Source of the DNA: an uncultured Sangeribacter sp.
GTDB lineage: Bacteria > Bacteroidota > Bacteroidia > Bacteroidales > Muribaculaceae
Assembly (NCBI GenBank): GCA_964566015.1
Contig: CAZMHE010000001.1
Span: 1-47,193 of the forward strand
Length of the DNA: 47,193 nucleotides
Direction of reading: 5' to 3'
The notes beneath the pieces were generated by a model that saw only the letters and a program-made list of their open reading frames with translations, was not told the origin of the DNA and ran no database searches. Shown piece by piece: positions 17,486 through 27,560 of this stretch (positions are counted from its first letter, which is position 1; each line of letters starts with the position of its first letter). Position numbers and translations under genes: made by a program.

Positions 17486-20341
17486 CTATTTTAATTCCTT
17501 GCGGAGGAATCTTGCCGTGTGTGTGTCTTTCTGAGCAACTTCTTCCGGTGTGCCTTCGGCAATAATCAGACCTCCGTCACGACCACCTTCCGGTCCGAGA
17601 TCGATCACCCAGTCGGCCGCCTTTACGATGTCAAGATTATGCTCAATCACGACAACCGTGTTTCCCTTATCGGCCAATCGGTTTATCACACCGAGCAAGA
17701 TGCGGATGTCTTCAAAATGAAGACCGGTGGTAGGCTCATCAAGTATGAAAAGTGTTTTCCCGGTGTCTCGTTTGGCAAGCTCAGTAGCAAGCTTAACCCG
17801 CTGATTCTCCCCGCCGCTCAACGTGCTCGACGGCTGACCAAGCTTGATGTAACCAAGCCCGATGTCCTGAAGCACCTTGATTTTCTTGAGGATAGACGGG
17901 ACATTTTCAAAAAACTCAACCGCCTGATTAACTGTCATTTCCAGAACATCTGAGATGGATTTTCCTTTAAAACGCACTTCAAGTGTCTCTCTATTATAGC
18001 GTTTGCCGTGACATGTCTCACAAGGCACAAGAACATCGGGAAGGAAATTCATCTCTATGGTGCGGTAGCCGTTACCTTTACAGGTTTCGCATCGACCCCC
18101 CGCGACATTAAACGAGAATCTACCCGGCTTATAGCCGCGAAGCTTGGAATCGGGAAGCTCCACAAAGAGTTTCCTGATATCTGAAAAGACTCCCGTATAG
18201 GTGGCCGGATTTGAACGTGGCGAGCGACCCAAGGGTGATTGATCGACCGTCACAACCTTATCGATATTCTCTATGCCCTTTACCTCCTTAAATGGTAATG
18301 GAGCCTGTGAGGAACGATAGAATTTCTGACTGAGCATGGGATACAGGGTGCCGTTGATCAGAGATGATTTACCACTTCCGCTGACACCGGTGACACATAT
18401 AAACTTCCCAAGCGGCAACCGAAGATCTACCCCTTTCAGATTATGCCCTGTGGCCCCGAGTATCTCGAGAGATTTCCCATTTCCTTTGCGTCGCTCATTG
18501 GGTATCTCAATGCTCCTGTTCCCGTTAAGGTAAGAAGCGGTCAGAGTCTCAGTCTTCTTCAGATCATCAACTTTCCCCTGAAAAACCACTTCTCCCCCAT
18601 GCCTGCCGGCCCCGGGACCTATGTCTACAATATAATCAGACTCCTCCATCATATCTTTGTCATGCTCCACGACAATAATGGAGTTGCCCTGATCCCTCAG
18701 ACGCTTCAGGCTTCCTATGAGTCTCTCGTTGTCGCGCTGATGAAGGCCAATGGAGGGCTCGTCAAGAATATAAAGGACATTCACGAGTTTCGACCCTATC
18801 TGAGTCGCAAGCCTTATACGCTGGCTCTCACCACCGCTTAAAGTTGCACTGCCTCGGTTAAGGGAAAGATAATCCAAACCTACATCAAGTAGAAATTTAA
18901 GCCTGCTGTTGATTTCCTTTAGAATCTCATGTGCTACCGTTCTGCGCTGAGGTTCTATCTTCTCCTCAAGGCTGCTCGACCACTCGTATAGCTCCGCGAT
19001 ATCCATGTTGGCCACATCGGCGATTGTCTTGTCATCGATATAATAGCTGAGAGCGATACGGTTGAGACGCCGTCCGCCACACTCGGGACAGACCGCGTTG
19101 GAGAAAAACTGGTCACTCCATTTGTTGGCAGCCGAACCTGCATCTTCCGACTGCTGCATCTCGATATACTTCACCAATCCATCATATCCAGGTTGATAAT
19201 GAGAAGTTGACAGCGTATCGTTCTTTATTTCGAGACGCTGATCGGTGCCATTGAGGATTTCATCTATGGCCTCTTCAGGAATATCTTTCAATGGAGTCTT
19301 TAATGTGACGCCATACATCTTACAGATAGCCTCGATCTGCCAAAAGATGAGAGTATTCTTATATTTTCCGAGGGGAACGATTCCTCCATTATATATCGAT
19401 AATGATTTATCAGGCATTAATTTCTCCTCGTCAATAATATTGACTGTTCCCAGACCCTTACACTTCGGACAATATCCCAAGGGTGAATTAAAGGAGAAAC
19501 TGTGAGGAGCAGGTTCAGGATATGAGAGACCGTTCTCACTATCCATTAGCAACTGGCTGTAGTGGGCGATCTCACCCGATTCCATATCCAGAACCATCAT
19601 CTGTTTCTGCCCCTGCTTCAGTGCATCGTCAACGGTTGTGCGCAGACGCTGTACGTCGTTATCCTTGACACGTAACTTATCCACTACAAGTTCGACACTG
19701 TGTATCTTGTAGCGGTCGAGTTTCATCCCGTATTCAATCTCCTTTATCTCTCCGTCAACCCTGACATATAAATAACCTTTCTTGCGAAGGTTCTCGAAAA
19801 GCTCCTTGTAATGACCCTTTCGATTCTTTACCAAAGGAGCGAGAATCTGAATCTTTTTATCGTTATAGTTCTGAAGAAGCAATGAGATAATCTTATCCTT
19901 GGAATATTTCACCATCGGCTTCCCGGAAATATAACTACGGGCTTCACCGAGACGCGCATAGAGAAGACGGAAAAAGTCATAGATTTCGGTTGTCGTTCCA
20001 ATAGTACTTCTCGGGTTCTTATTAACCGTTTTCTGCTCAATGCTGATGACAGGACTTAGACCCGTGATCTTATCGACATCCGGACGCTCAAGTGAGCCAA
20101 GCATATAGCGGGCATAGGCGGAAAATGTCTCTATATACCGCCTCTGACCTTCGGCAAATATCGTATCAAAAGCCAACGATGATTTTCCACACCCACTTAA
20201 TCCAGTCACTACTGACAGAGAATTGTGCGGAATCTTGACATCGATATTCTTTAAATTATGAACTCTTGCCCCGTATACTTCGACAGCATCGGAAACAGAT
20301 ATATTATTCTTATCAGATTGGACCATATTAAAGTTATACAT
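17486..20341 (-). CDS. uvrA: Excinuclease ABC subunit A
   Basis: Two ABC ATPase domains (GLSGCGKS, LSGGE, GVSGSGKS) and Zn fingers; start may be ATG 20326. Confidence 0.97.
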   Translation of the reverse strand: MYNFNMVQSDKNNISVSDAVEVYGARVHNLKNIDVKIPHNSLSVVTGLSGCGKSSLAFDTIFAEGQRRYIETFSAYARYMLGSLERPDVDKITGLSPVISIEQKTVNKNPRSTIGTTTEIYDFFRLLYARLGEARSYISGKPMVKYSKDKIISLLLQNYNDKKIQILAPLVKNRKGHYKELFENLRKKGYLYVRVDGEIKEIEYGMKLDRYKIHSVELVVDKLRVKDNDVQRLRTTVDDALKQGQKQMMVLDMESGEIAHYSQLLMDSENGLSYPEPAPHSFSFNSPLGYCPKCKGLGTVNIIDEEKLMPDKSLSIYNGGIVPLGKYKNTLIFWQIEAICKMYGVTLKTPLKDIPEEAIDEILNGTDQRLEIKNDTLSTSHYQPGYDGLVKYIEMQQSEDAGSAANKWSDQFFSNAVCPECGGRRLNRIALSYYIDDKTIADVANMDIAELYEWSSSLEEKIEPQRRTVAHEILKEINSRLKFLLDVGLDYLSLNRGSATLSGGESQRIRLATQIGSKLVNVLYILDEPSIGLHQRDNERLIGSLKRLRDQGNSIIVVEHDKDMMEESDYIVDIGPGAGRHGGEVVFQGKVDDLKKTETLTASYLNGNRSIEIPNERRKGNGKSLEILGATGHNLKGVDLRLPLGKFICVTGVSGSGKSSLINGTLYPMLSQKFYRSSQAPLPFKEVKGIENIDKVVTVDQSPLGRSPRSNPATYTGVFSDIRKLFVELPDSKLRGYKPGRFSFNVAGGRCETCKGNGYRTIEMNFLPDVLVPCETCHGKRYNRETLEVRFKGKSISDVLEMTVNQAVEFFENVPSILKKIKVLQDIGLGYIKLGQPSSTLSGGENQRVKLATELAKRDTGKTLFILDEPTTGLHFEDIRILLGVINRLADKGNTVVVIEHNLDIVKAADWVIDLGPEGGRDGGLIIAEGTPEEVAQKDTHTARFLRKELK

Positions 20342-20412
20342 CGTATCGATGTATGTAATGTATTAAATCAAAAAATATTGTCGTTCAAATGGAAAAATAT
20401 ACGGGAATTCAA

Positions 20413-21804
20413 TCACTCATACTGAGTAGAATTGCTATTCTCAGACATTCCGAGAATGTTGATATCGCCGCTACGTTTGTATCGTTTACCATCTGAACCG
20501 GTTGCCTGGATTACGTAATAGTACACACCCGGTTTCACGGTCTTACCACCATGTTTACCATCCCATCCTTTTGATGGATCATCCGTTTCAAAAAGTTGAT
20601 GACCCTGCCTGTCGAATATCCAGCATTTGAACTCGAGCAGTGAGCGATAGCTGACTTTCCACTCGTCATTGATTCCATCGCCATTCGGCGAGAAAGCATT
20701 TGGTATAAGAAGGTCGGAATTACCGATTGTGACAGTATATACATCACCATATGCTTCACAGCTACCATCACTGTTACTTCCGATAAATCTGACGTATGTA
20801 GTGCCTTCCTGAGTAAAAGTATAATCGAAATCCTGATCGTTTATTCGATACGTGATATCCTCAAACTCGGAATCATTTGCCATCTGCCATTCCTTATGAA
20901 TGACGGCATCTGAAAGATATGCCCGGAATGAAATCTCGCAGGGAGCTGAGCCTCCGAGGCCATCTACATCAATCTTGATCTGATTTGAATTTGAGTCTTC
21001 ATCACCGGTCGAAAGTTGTTCAGCTTCAGTCCTGACATCTACCGCTATCGGAGAGAAAGATGGCGTCTCAAACTCGACAACCTCACCCCACTCGCGGAGA
21101 AATCTGTCACCACTCAATATAAATGTTGTCTGACAGTAAACCGGAGGTGTAATCGATATACTTTTTGAAATAGAAGACAACGTCTTATTGAAATCTCCCT
21201 GCACGAACTGATGCCTGTCTTCAACGAAATCAAGCGATAGATAATCGAGGGAAATATCGCGCGACAATGTTTCCTGCCTTCCGTTGATTGTAAAGAAAGT
21301 TATCGGAGAAGCATTTCCCGAAAAATCGAGAATCGTCGCGCTGCAATCTTGGTCAGGTGCAGGTGATAAATTATCAATCTTGAATTCTTTTCCTTTGTAT
21401 TCTACAATCCAGAAATAATATCTCCTGTCTCCTTCCTCTATGATATAACCGGAATCCGGAGTAACATCGCTCAGTATCGATTTATTACCGTCAAATTCGA
21501 TATTATTGATTGGAGTCGAAAAGGATCCTCCGAGGTTATCGAAGCGATACCATTTGACGGGAGTTGCAATATCTTTTGACGTAAAGATAGCTTTCAACTT
21601 CGATACATCATATGCGACATATACTTTATCAAGACCTGTAGACTTTTCAGGATCAATTGCTATCACTTCTTTGTTGTTACCCGAGAAATCGAGTGATGCA
21701 GCTATCATTGGAGACACCGAAAAACAACATGTCACCAAAGCGACAAGCCTAATGGAAGATCCTAATATATATTTACCGCTGAAAGGAGTGTTGAAAGAGA
21801 TCAT
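20413..21804 (-). CDS. Gliding motility-associated C-terminal (T9SS type B sorting) domain protein
   Basis: C-terminal IPNAFSPNGDGIND...IFDRQG...WDG...GVYYY motif; start uncertain (ORF is open to 21936). Confidence 0.85.
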   Translation of the reverse strand: MISFNTPFSGKYILGSSIRLVALVTCCFSVSPMIAASLDFSGNNKEVIAIDPEKSTGLDKVYVAYDVSKLKAIFTSKDIATPVKWYRFDNLGGSFSTPINNIEFDGNKSILSDVTPDSGYIIEEGDRRYYFWIVEYKGKEFKIDNLSPAPDQDCSATILDFSGNASPITFFTINGRQETLSRDISLDYLSLDFVEDRHQFVQGDFNKTLSSISKSISITPPVYCQTTFILSGDRFLREWGEVVEFETPSFSPIAVDVRTEAEQLSTGDEDSNSNQIKIDVDGLGGSAPCEISFRAYLSDAVIHKEWQMANDSEFEDITYRINDQDFDYTFTQEGTTYVRFIGSNSDGSCEAYGDVYTVTIGNSDLLIPNAFSPNGDGINDEWKVSYRSLLEFKCWIFDRQGHQLFETDDPSKGWDGKHGGKTVKPGVYYYVIQATGSDGKRYKRSGDINILGMSENSNSTQYE

Positions 21805-21991
21805 AGCGCTCAAAGGTCTTTGAAGTATCCCGGATGCCAAGGTATGCTTCCGGCAGGAGGAAGAGATATGAATGGTTATTATTAAATAACGAAAAAATAA
21901 ATCTCCATATTGTATCCCCTTATCCCTACGACTCAACCCTCAAAAGTCACGGATCCTGATCGAAGAAGAATCATTGTTTGTCTCGGTGAGG

Positions 21992-22678
21992 TTACTCCTT
22001 AATTCTTTCTCCATGAACCCTTGGAAAGAGTGTTTCGAAGGTTGAATCGTCATAATATATGGTAACCTGAACCACTTTTCGCGTTTTTACCCTTGTTTTC
22101 TCTATTTGACCTAAAAAATCAGATGTTTTATTACAAATGTTAACTACCTCTGATTCTACATCTTGATTACCATTTTCAGGGTATTTAAGGGGGTTTTCCT
22201 TGGAATAATTTCCCGGTTCCTGACCATTCCCCGGATTTCTCCAATTCTCAGACGTCATTTCAGAGCTGTTGGAAGAGGAAGAGCCGCTTCTTCCACTAAT
22301 CTCATTTTTCCCGGCAGTCATCAATCCGTTGCTGTTGGTCAAATCACCATTTCCGGGAACGTAGCCACCGGTTCCGGTGGCCGACTCTCCATGATCCGTA
22401 GTCCCTTCTCCTATATTCTCTGAAGATTCTGATGAAATATTCTCCGGCTGACCAATCCACATAGGCCCCTCATTAAATAAGAGCCACAAAATGGATAAAG
22501 ATGGGTAGGCAGCATGGATCTGACCGATCAAAACATCGCTGATCTTCTTATTTCGCCCGGTAAGCAGCTGAGAGAAGGTCGCACGAGAGATTCCACACTC
22601 ATCGGCAAAGGATGAGCTTGTCGCACCAAGTTTCTGCAACAGGAATTTTAGACGAAAAGCAATATTTTCTTCGGTCAT
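21992..22678 (-). CDS. XRE-family helix-turn-helix DNA-binding protein with a disordered linker and C-terminal beta motif
   Basis: SSFADECGISRATFSQLLTGRNKKIS HTH, WLLFNEGPM, C-terminal RKVVQVTIYYDDSTFETL. Start moved to ATG 22678 because TTG 22711 lies inside the promoter. Confidence 0.85.
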   Translation of the reverse strand: MTEENIAFRLKFLLQKLGATSSSFADECGISRATFSQLLTGRNKKISDVLIGQIHAAYPSLSILWLLFNEGPMWIGQPENISSESSENIGEGTTDHGESATGTGGYVPGNGDLTNSNGLMTAGKNEISGRSGSSSSNSSEMTSENWRNPGNGQEPGNYSKENPLKYPENGNQDVESEVVNICNKTSDFLGQIEKTRVKTRKVVQVTIYYDDSTFETLFPRVHGERIKE

Positions 22679-22708
22679 ACTAATTAAGAAAATCAAATTA
22701 TTGAAATG

Positions 22709-22740
22709 CAAATATAGACATAAAATTTCAATAATGCAAA
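22709..22740 (-). promoter_or_regulatory. Sigma-A promoter of the HTH gene, overlapped by an 11-bp inverted repeat
   Basis: TTTG (22740-22737), 20-nt spacer, TATATTTG (22716-22709); ATTATTGAAAT/ATTTCAATAAT at 22697-22707 and 22725-22735. Confidence 0.7.
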
Positions 22741-22747
22741 TTTAAAA

Positions 22748-23510
22748 ATACAAATCACATTACAAATTCACTATTTACAAATTCAAACTTTCATATTTTA
22801 CAATCCTGAAAGAGGAAGATATATTCTTAATCTAAAATTTACAATTGAACCTCTATTAATCATGATGATTAGTATTTATGTTCACAATAATCTCCGGTTA
22901 TGCCAATTCCCTATAAAATTCGCTCCATTTCCTCGTTATTATATTAATATTATTATTCATTAATTTGCATATCAATTAGTTATGTAGTATTTTAATAAGT
23001 GTTAAACCATTATTTACAAATTCAGTAAACATTTTAATATATAAAATTAACATCATCATCATACAACAGATTGTAAATACAATTATAAAACTAATCAATA
23101 ATTTGGAATTATAATTGTAATGTTTAATAGAATTACAATTGTAAAATTAAGATTATTTAATTACAATTGCGGAATCACGCAAACCACTCTCCCACCCTCA
23201 CATCCAACACCCGAATTATTGACCAATTACATTTGTTACATCCTTAATCATGTAAATTGTCTCCCTCTATTTGAAGTTGTAAATCCAAATCCTGATACAA
23301 TTCTTAACCAACGGGTGACTTCATCAATAAAATTAAATTCTCGACCCCCTTATTCCGCCTAATACAACCATTAATCTTCGCAATATCTGCAAATTAAACT
23401 ATATTTAAAAACATCTCCATCCTCCCTCAAATAGCTATTCGAGGTGAATTTTACAATTTCTGGTCCTAATGATAATCCTTTCGGTAAAGTTTATTACATG
23501 GTCATTACAT
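22748..23510. repeat. AT-rich non-coding array of dispersed TTACAA/TTGTAA motifs
   Basis: 12 exact hexamers plus about 10 one-mismatch variants; TATTTACAAATTCA occurs twice; palindrome TTACAATTGTAA at 23133-23144. Confidence 0.75.
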
Positions 23511-23560
23511 AAAAAATTGAGAATACCCTAATGTCAATTGCGACATCAGTATATTCTCAA
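23511..23560 (-). terminator. Intrinsic terminator of the ior-GNAT operon
   Basis: TTGAGAATA...ATGTC/GACAT...TATTCTCAA stem followed by a T run on the minus strand. Confidence 0.65.
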
Positions 23561-23593
23561 CTGAACACTCAGCGGTTATCTGAGTGAATAAGC

Positions 23594-24877
23594 CTAATCC
23601 AGAAGCAAAGCCATATTAACAGCGAGGCGGGGTATACCGAATGCTTCCATTATAAGACTGTTCCCATCCTTACGACGGAAGATGATCTCCGACAGATCTC
23701 GCATTGTCAGAACTGTAATCTTCGGATTCCTGCGAGCCTGGTCAAAATCCTCACCCGAAAGTGCCGTTTCCTTGACATTTCCGTTCCCGACACGGAATAA
23801 TATCCCATTTTCTCCTTTATAATCCTCTTTCACGAGAATCGAATATTTTGCGTCAGCCCTATCGTTGGCCATAAATTTTAAAATCTCGTGAAGATTTAAA
23901 ATCCTCACCATTCCATAGGGTTGAGAGTGCATACCGGCATTGTAGACCCTCTCGGCAACACCATAAGCTCCACCCAACATACCGCCATCGGGATTTGCAG
24001 CTCCATAGACCTTCGACCATAGGGCATGACGATCTGTCTCCTCCGGAAATCTCATTATACTCATGGGGGAGTCCGAATAGACTGACTTTACTTTTGACAG
24101 CAACTTATAGTAGACATATTTGTCATCATAATATATCTTGGGAATGATTATTCTGCGACGGTCATCAAAGGTGATAAATACGACTCCGATAACAATCCCA
24201 TCTGTATTCCTTGCCACCATTACTTCTCCACCCGATAAAATATTTTCGCTGAGCATAGCCTTGACGTCATTCTCGGAATGGATTAACGAGAGGAACTGGT
24301 GTGGAGATGATTCATAATTTACGATATATTTTATCACCGAATCTCGTAAATCATCGTCGAAATCACCGGATTTAGTAATCTCGATATTCTCGTATTGTTT
24401 TAGTCGTATATGACGTATACGCTCCTCCTCTTTATCGATAAGAAGCAGACTGTCTTTGTCGAAATCATGAATATCAGTATACCGTTCCTCAACACGATAC
24501 ATCCCGTTGACAAATCCCTTACCTTGGTAGTAAATCCTCAACATATCGGATGCAGGTATGAGGAATGATATCGCAAAACCTTTCTCTTTTGCAGTAAGGT
24601 TTATCTTTTCTATAAGGGTATTCATAATACCTCTATGACGATATTCTTCGAGAGTAGCAAGTCCGCATAGATACAAACCGGTGAAGGAGTTCTTACCATT
24701 TCCGAACTTATATGGAATACCCATCAGTGCCGATACAAGTTTTCCGTTTTCCTCGTAATATTCTACGAAATCAGGATCGAAATAATTATCGAAAATAAGC
24801 GATATATACGCATCGGAATCATGGAAAGTATCTTTCCATAATTTCTTCATCTTATCTTTAAGATCCAATATCTCCAT
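23594..24877 (-). CDS. GNAT family N-acyltransferase (Eis-like N-terminal domain)
   Basis: LWKDTFHD, YLCGLATLEEYRHRGIM (motif A), LIPAS...YYQGKGF, GMVRILN. Confidence 0.8.
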   Translation of the reverse strand: MEILDLKDKMKKLWKDTFHDSDAYISLIFDNYFDPDFVEYYEENGKLVSALMGIPYKFGNGKNSFTGLYLCGLATLEEYRHRGIMNTLIEKINLTAKEKGFAISFLIPASDMLRIYYQGKGFVNGMYRVEERYTDIHDFDKDSLLLIDKEEERIRHIRLKQYENIEITKSGDFDDDLRDSVIKYIVNYESSPHQFLSLIHSENDVKAMLSENILSGGEVMVARNTDGIVIGVVFITFDDRRRIIIPKIYYDDKYVYYKLLSKVKSVYSDSPMSIMRFPEETDRHALWSKVYGAANPDGGMLGGAYGVAERVYNAGMHSQPYGMVRILNLHEILKFMANDRADAKYSILVKEDYKGENGILFRVGNGNVKETALSGEDFDQARRNPKITVLTMRDLSEIIFRRKDGNSLIMEAFGIPRLAVNMALLLD

Positions 24878-24901
24878 CTATCAATGATATTGTAATAGTT
24901 G

Positions 24902-26227
24902 TCAAATTTTGCCGAGTCGCAGGAAACTGTAACCGAATCTTTCCGTAGCGGCGCGCTCCAGTTCCTCACGATATTCCGGGGCTGCAATTGAAATCAGAAG
25001 TTTCGCTCGCTCAGGTAGGTTCTTACCTCTAAGATCGACAGCACCAAATTCCGTGACCACGAAATTCGTCTGGAATCTTGTCGTCACAACTCCGGCACCT
25101 GACGTGAGAACAGGTTTGATTTTATTCAGGCCCTTATTGGTTGTCGCTGTCATTGCGAGAAATGATTTTCCACCTTCACTCAAGGAGGAACCGTAGACGA
25201 AATCATGCTGACCTCCGATACCGGAATATATTTTCTCACCGATAGAATCGGCACATATCTGACCGGTAAGGTCAATTTCAAGGCATGAATTAATCGACAT
25301 TACCCTCGGATTCTGAGCTATTGTGAAGGGGTTATTCGTCCAGGCAACATCCTTCATGATTATATCCGGATTTCCATCCATATAGTCATATAGTCTACGT
25401 GAACCGAGTGCGAGTGAAGCGACGCATTTTCCAGGCATCACACGCTTCATTGAGTTGTCGATTATGCCTGCCTCAATCAGGGGCAATACACCGTCTGTCA
25501 TGGCTTCCGTATGCAGTCCTAAATGCTTGTGATCATTTAATGCTCGTATCACGGCATTCGGTATACCGCCGACACCAATCTGTAGTGTCGCACCATCCGG
25601 AATATGTTCCGCGATATAGTTTCCTATCCTGATCTCCTTCTCCGTCGGAATAGCCGTTGGAACCTCCACAAGAGGATCGTCTACTTCAACAGCCGCCGCA
25701 AGTTGCGAGACATGTATCACCGGATCACCGAATGAATACGGCATCTGCGGATTGATTTGAGCGATAACCCTGTCGGCACATTCAACAGCAGCAGTTGCGA
25801 CATCGGCCGATACACCGAAGCTAACATAACCGTTTTCATCGGGAAGAGAACAGTTGATTAGAGCTACGTCTACACGCCATGTACCGTCGCGCATAAGCCT
25901 GGGTACATCGCCGAGAAAATGTGGTGTCGTAGCGCCATATCCTGCCGCAATCCACTCCCTGACAGAATTATTCACAAAGAAACTGTCAACAAGAAAGGAA
26001 TCCTTGTATTCCTCCCGACAATAAGGAGCCGGCCCTTTACCGACGGCGAAACCGGAATAAAGGGTGACTTCGCGGAGCTCATTTCCTCGCGCCGCCATAG
26101 CGGCGACAAGCACTTCAGGTATTGAAGTGCTCCCCTGAATATATACATGATCGCCGCTTTCAATGAGTCTGACCGCCTCTTCGGCAGTCATGTATCGGGC
26201 ATCATCCCTTCTTCTTCGGATAGTCAT
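24902..26227 (-). CDS. Acetyl-CoA hydrolase/transferase family protein (4-hydroxybutyrate CoA-transferase-like)
   Basis: DGATLQIGVGGIP, HTE catalytic Glu, SGIGGQHDF, VVTEFG, LISIAAPEYREEL. Confidence 0.9.
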   Translation of the reverse strand: MTIRRRRDDARYMTAEEAVRLIESGDHVYIQGSTSIPEVLVAAMAARGNELREVTLYSGFAVGKGPAPYCREEYKDSFLVDSFFVNNSVREWIAAGYGATTPHFLGDVPRLMRDGTWRVDVALINCSLPDENGYVSFGVSADVATAAVECADRVIAQINPQMPYSFGDPVIHVSQLAAAVEVDDPLVEVPTAIPTEKEIRIGNYIAEHIPDGATLQIGVGGIPNAVIRALNDHKHLGLHTEAMTDGVLPLIEAGIIDNSMKRVMPGKCVASLALGSRRLYDYMDGNPDIIMKDVAWTNNPFTIAQNPRVMSINSCLEIDLTGQICADSIGEKIYSGIGGQHDFVYGSSLSEGGKSFLAMTATTNKGLNKIKPVLTSGAGVVTTRFQTNFVVTEFGAVDLRGKNLPERAKLLISIAAPEYREELERAATERFGYSFLRLGKI

Positions 26228-27521
26228 CTGCGAAACGTTTTAGACGTTGATCAAGTATTGTGAAATCTTCATCAGATCCAATAACCGAAATACAAACCCT
26301 GACTCCATTTTGTCGGCTTCCCGTGCAAGGAAGGGAGATTGATGCGACACCATGACGCAACAATCCGAGCTGCAATTCGTCACCCGTCAGATCGCCATAC
26401 CCGGCGGTGAAGAAGAATCCGTCGGAAATCGGACGCCCCGCATCATCTGAATATACAACGTGGAATCCGTGCCTCTCGAAAATCTCTTTAGCACGTTTTC
26501 CCCTGCGGGCATATTCGGAACTTTCTGTCACGAAATCGAGCTCACCCTTTGTGGCAGCTTCAAGCATGGCGGCCATGGCAAACTGAGATGTATGTGAAGT
26601 GCCTGAAGAGGCTGTGTAAAGCACCCCGAAAATATAGGATTCTCCGAAATTCGGCATCTCATAGAATGCCTCAAGATAAGGATATTTCCGCTTGAAAACT
26701 GAATCGCTCATGCAGACGATCGCAATCCTCTGACCGGCATAACTGAAGATTTTTGAGGCCGAGATCAGGAGAATATAGTTGTCGGTATATTTCGCCACAG
26801 AAGGCACGAACGGTGCCTTGTAAGGCTCTCCGGCATAATCCCTGAAATCCATACCCATATAGGCGAGATCCTCAAGAATAATGACGTCATATTTATCTGC
26901 CATCTCCCCTATGATGCGGAGTTCCTCCTCAGTGAAGTTAGTCCATGCCGGATTATTGGGATTACTGTAGATCATTCCGGTGACCCTTCCTGAAGACAAT
27001 ACCTCCTCAAGAGCCTCCCTCAGCTTGGGTCCACGGCAATCATAGATATCGAGCGATACCGTCTCAAGTCCGAGGATTTTAGCCTGATTCGTCTGAGCCG
27101 GGAATCCCGGGTGGAGAAACAGCATAATGTCTTTTCCGGGAATTCTTTGCTTAAGCAGGAGCATCATCGTGAAACTCCCCTGCATAGAACCGACAGTGGG
27201 CACAATGCATGATGGGGGGATATCGAGGTCAAGGAAAGCTTTAATAAACTCCGAACCCGCCTTTTTAAGTTCCGGGATACCTGCAATATTCGGATAGCGG
27301 TTCACGACGCCATCCTTCAGGGCAGCATGTTCGGCAGCCATGCCAAGCATCGTCGGAGGCAATCCGGGATTCCCTATTTCAAGATGAATGAATGACTCTC
27401 CGGATTCTTTTTCAAGCACAGCCGCGAGGGCGCAGATCTGACGAATGGTGGCCGTAAGCACATCAGTGATTCCTATCTCACTGATTATTTCGTCAAGTCG
27501 ATTTTTTGAAATCGGCAACAT
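26202..27521 (-). CDS. PLP-dependent aminotransferase class I/II
   Basis: NPNNP, EDLAY, SASKIFSYAGQR (PLP lysine), C-terminal VRV. Confidence 0.9.
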   Translation of the reverse strand: MLPISKNRLDEIISEIGITDVLTATIRQICALAAVLEKESGESFIHLEIGNPGLPPTMLGMAAEHAALKDGVVNRYPNIAGIPELKKAGSEFIKAFLDLDIPPSCIVPTVGSMQGSFTMMLLLKQRIPGKDIMLFLHPGFPAQTNQAKILGLETVSLDIYDCRGPKLREALEEVLSSGRVTGMIYSNPNNPAWTNFTEEELRIIGEMADKYDVIILEDLAYMGMDFRDYAGEPYKAPFVPSVAKYTDNYILLISASKIFSYAGQRIAIVCMSDSVFKRKYPYLEAFYEMPNFGESYIFGVLYTASSGTSHTSQFAMAAMLEAATKGELDFVTESSEYARRGKRAKEIFERHGFHVVYSDDAGRPISDGFFFTAGYGDLTGDELQLGLLRHGVASISLPCTGSRQNGVRVCISVIGSDEDFTILDQRLKRFADDYPKKKG

Positions 27522-27560
27522 TTTTCTGATAGTTTTTGAGATTAATTTACAAATCTCACC

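Noticed and set aside
23120-23362. 80-aa ORF inside the motif array
   Set aside because: No recognisable domain or promoter; its sequence is largely a translation of the TTACAA repeats
22712-23590. AT-rich gap as oriC or a CRISPR array
   Set aside because: No TTATCCACA-type boxes, no constant repeat-spacer periodicity, no cas genes, and it lies 5 kb from a dif site
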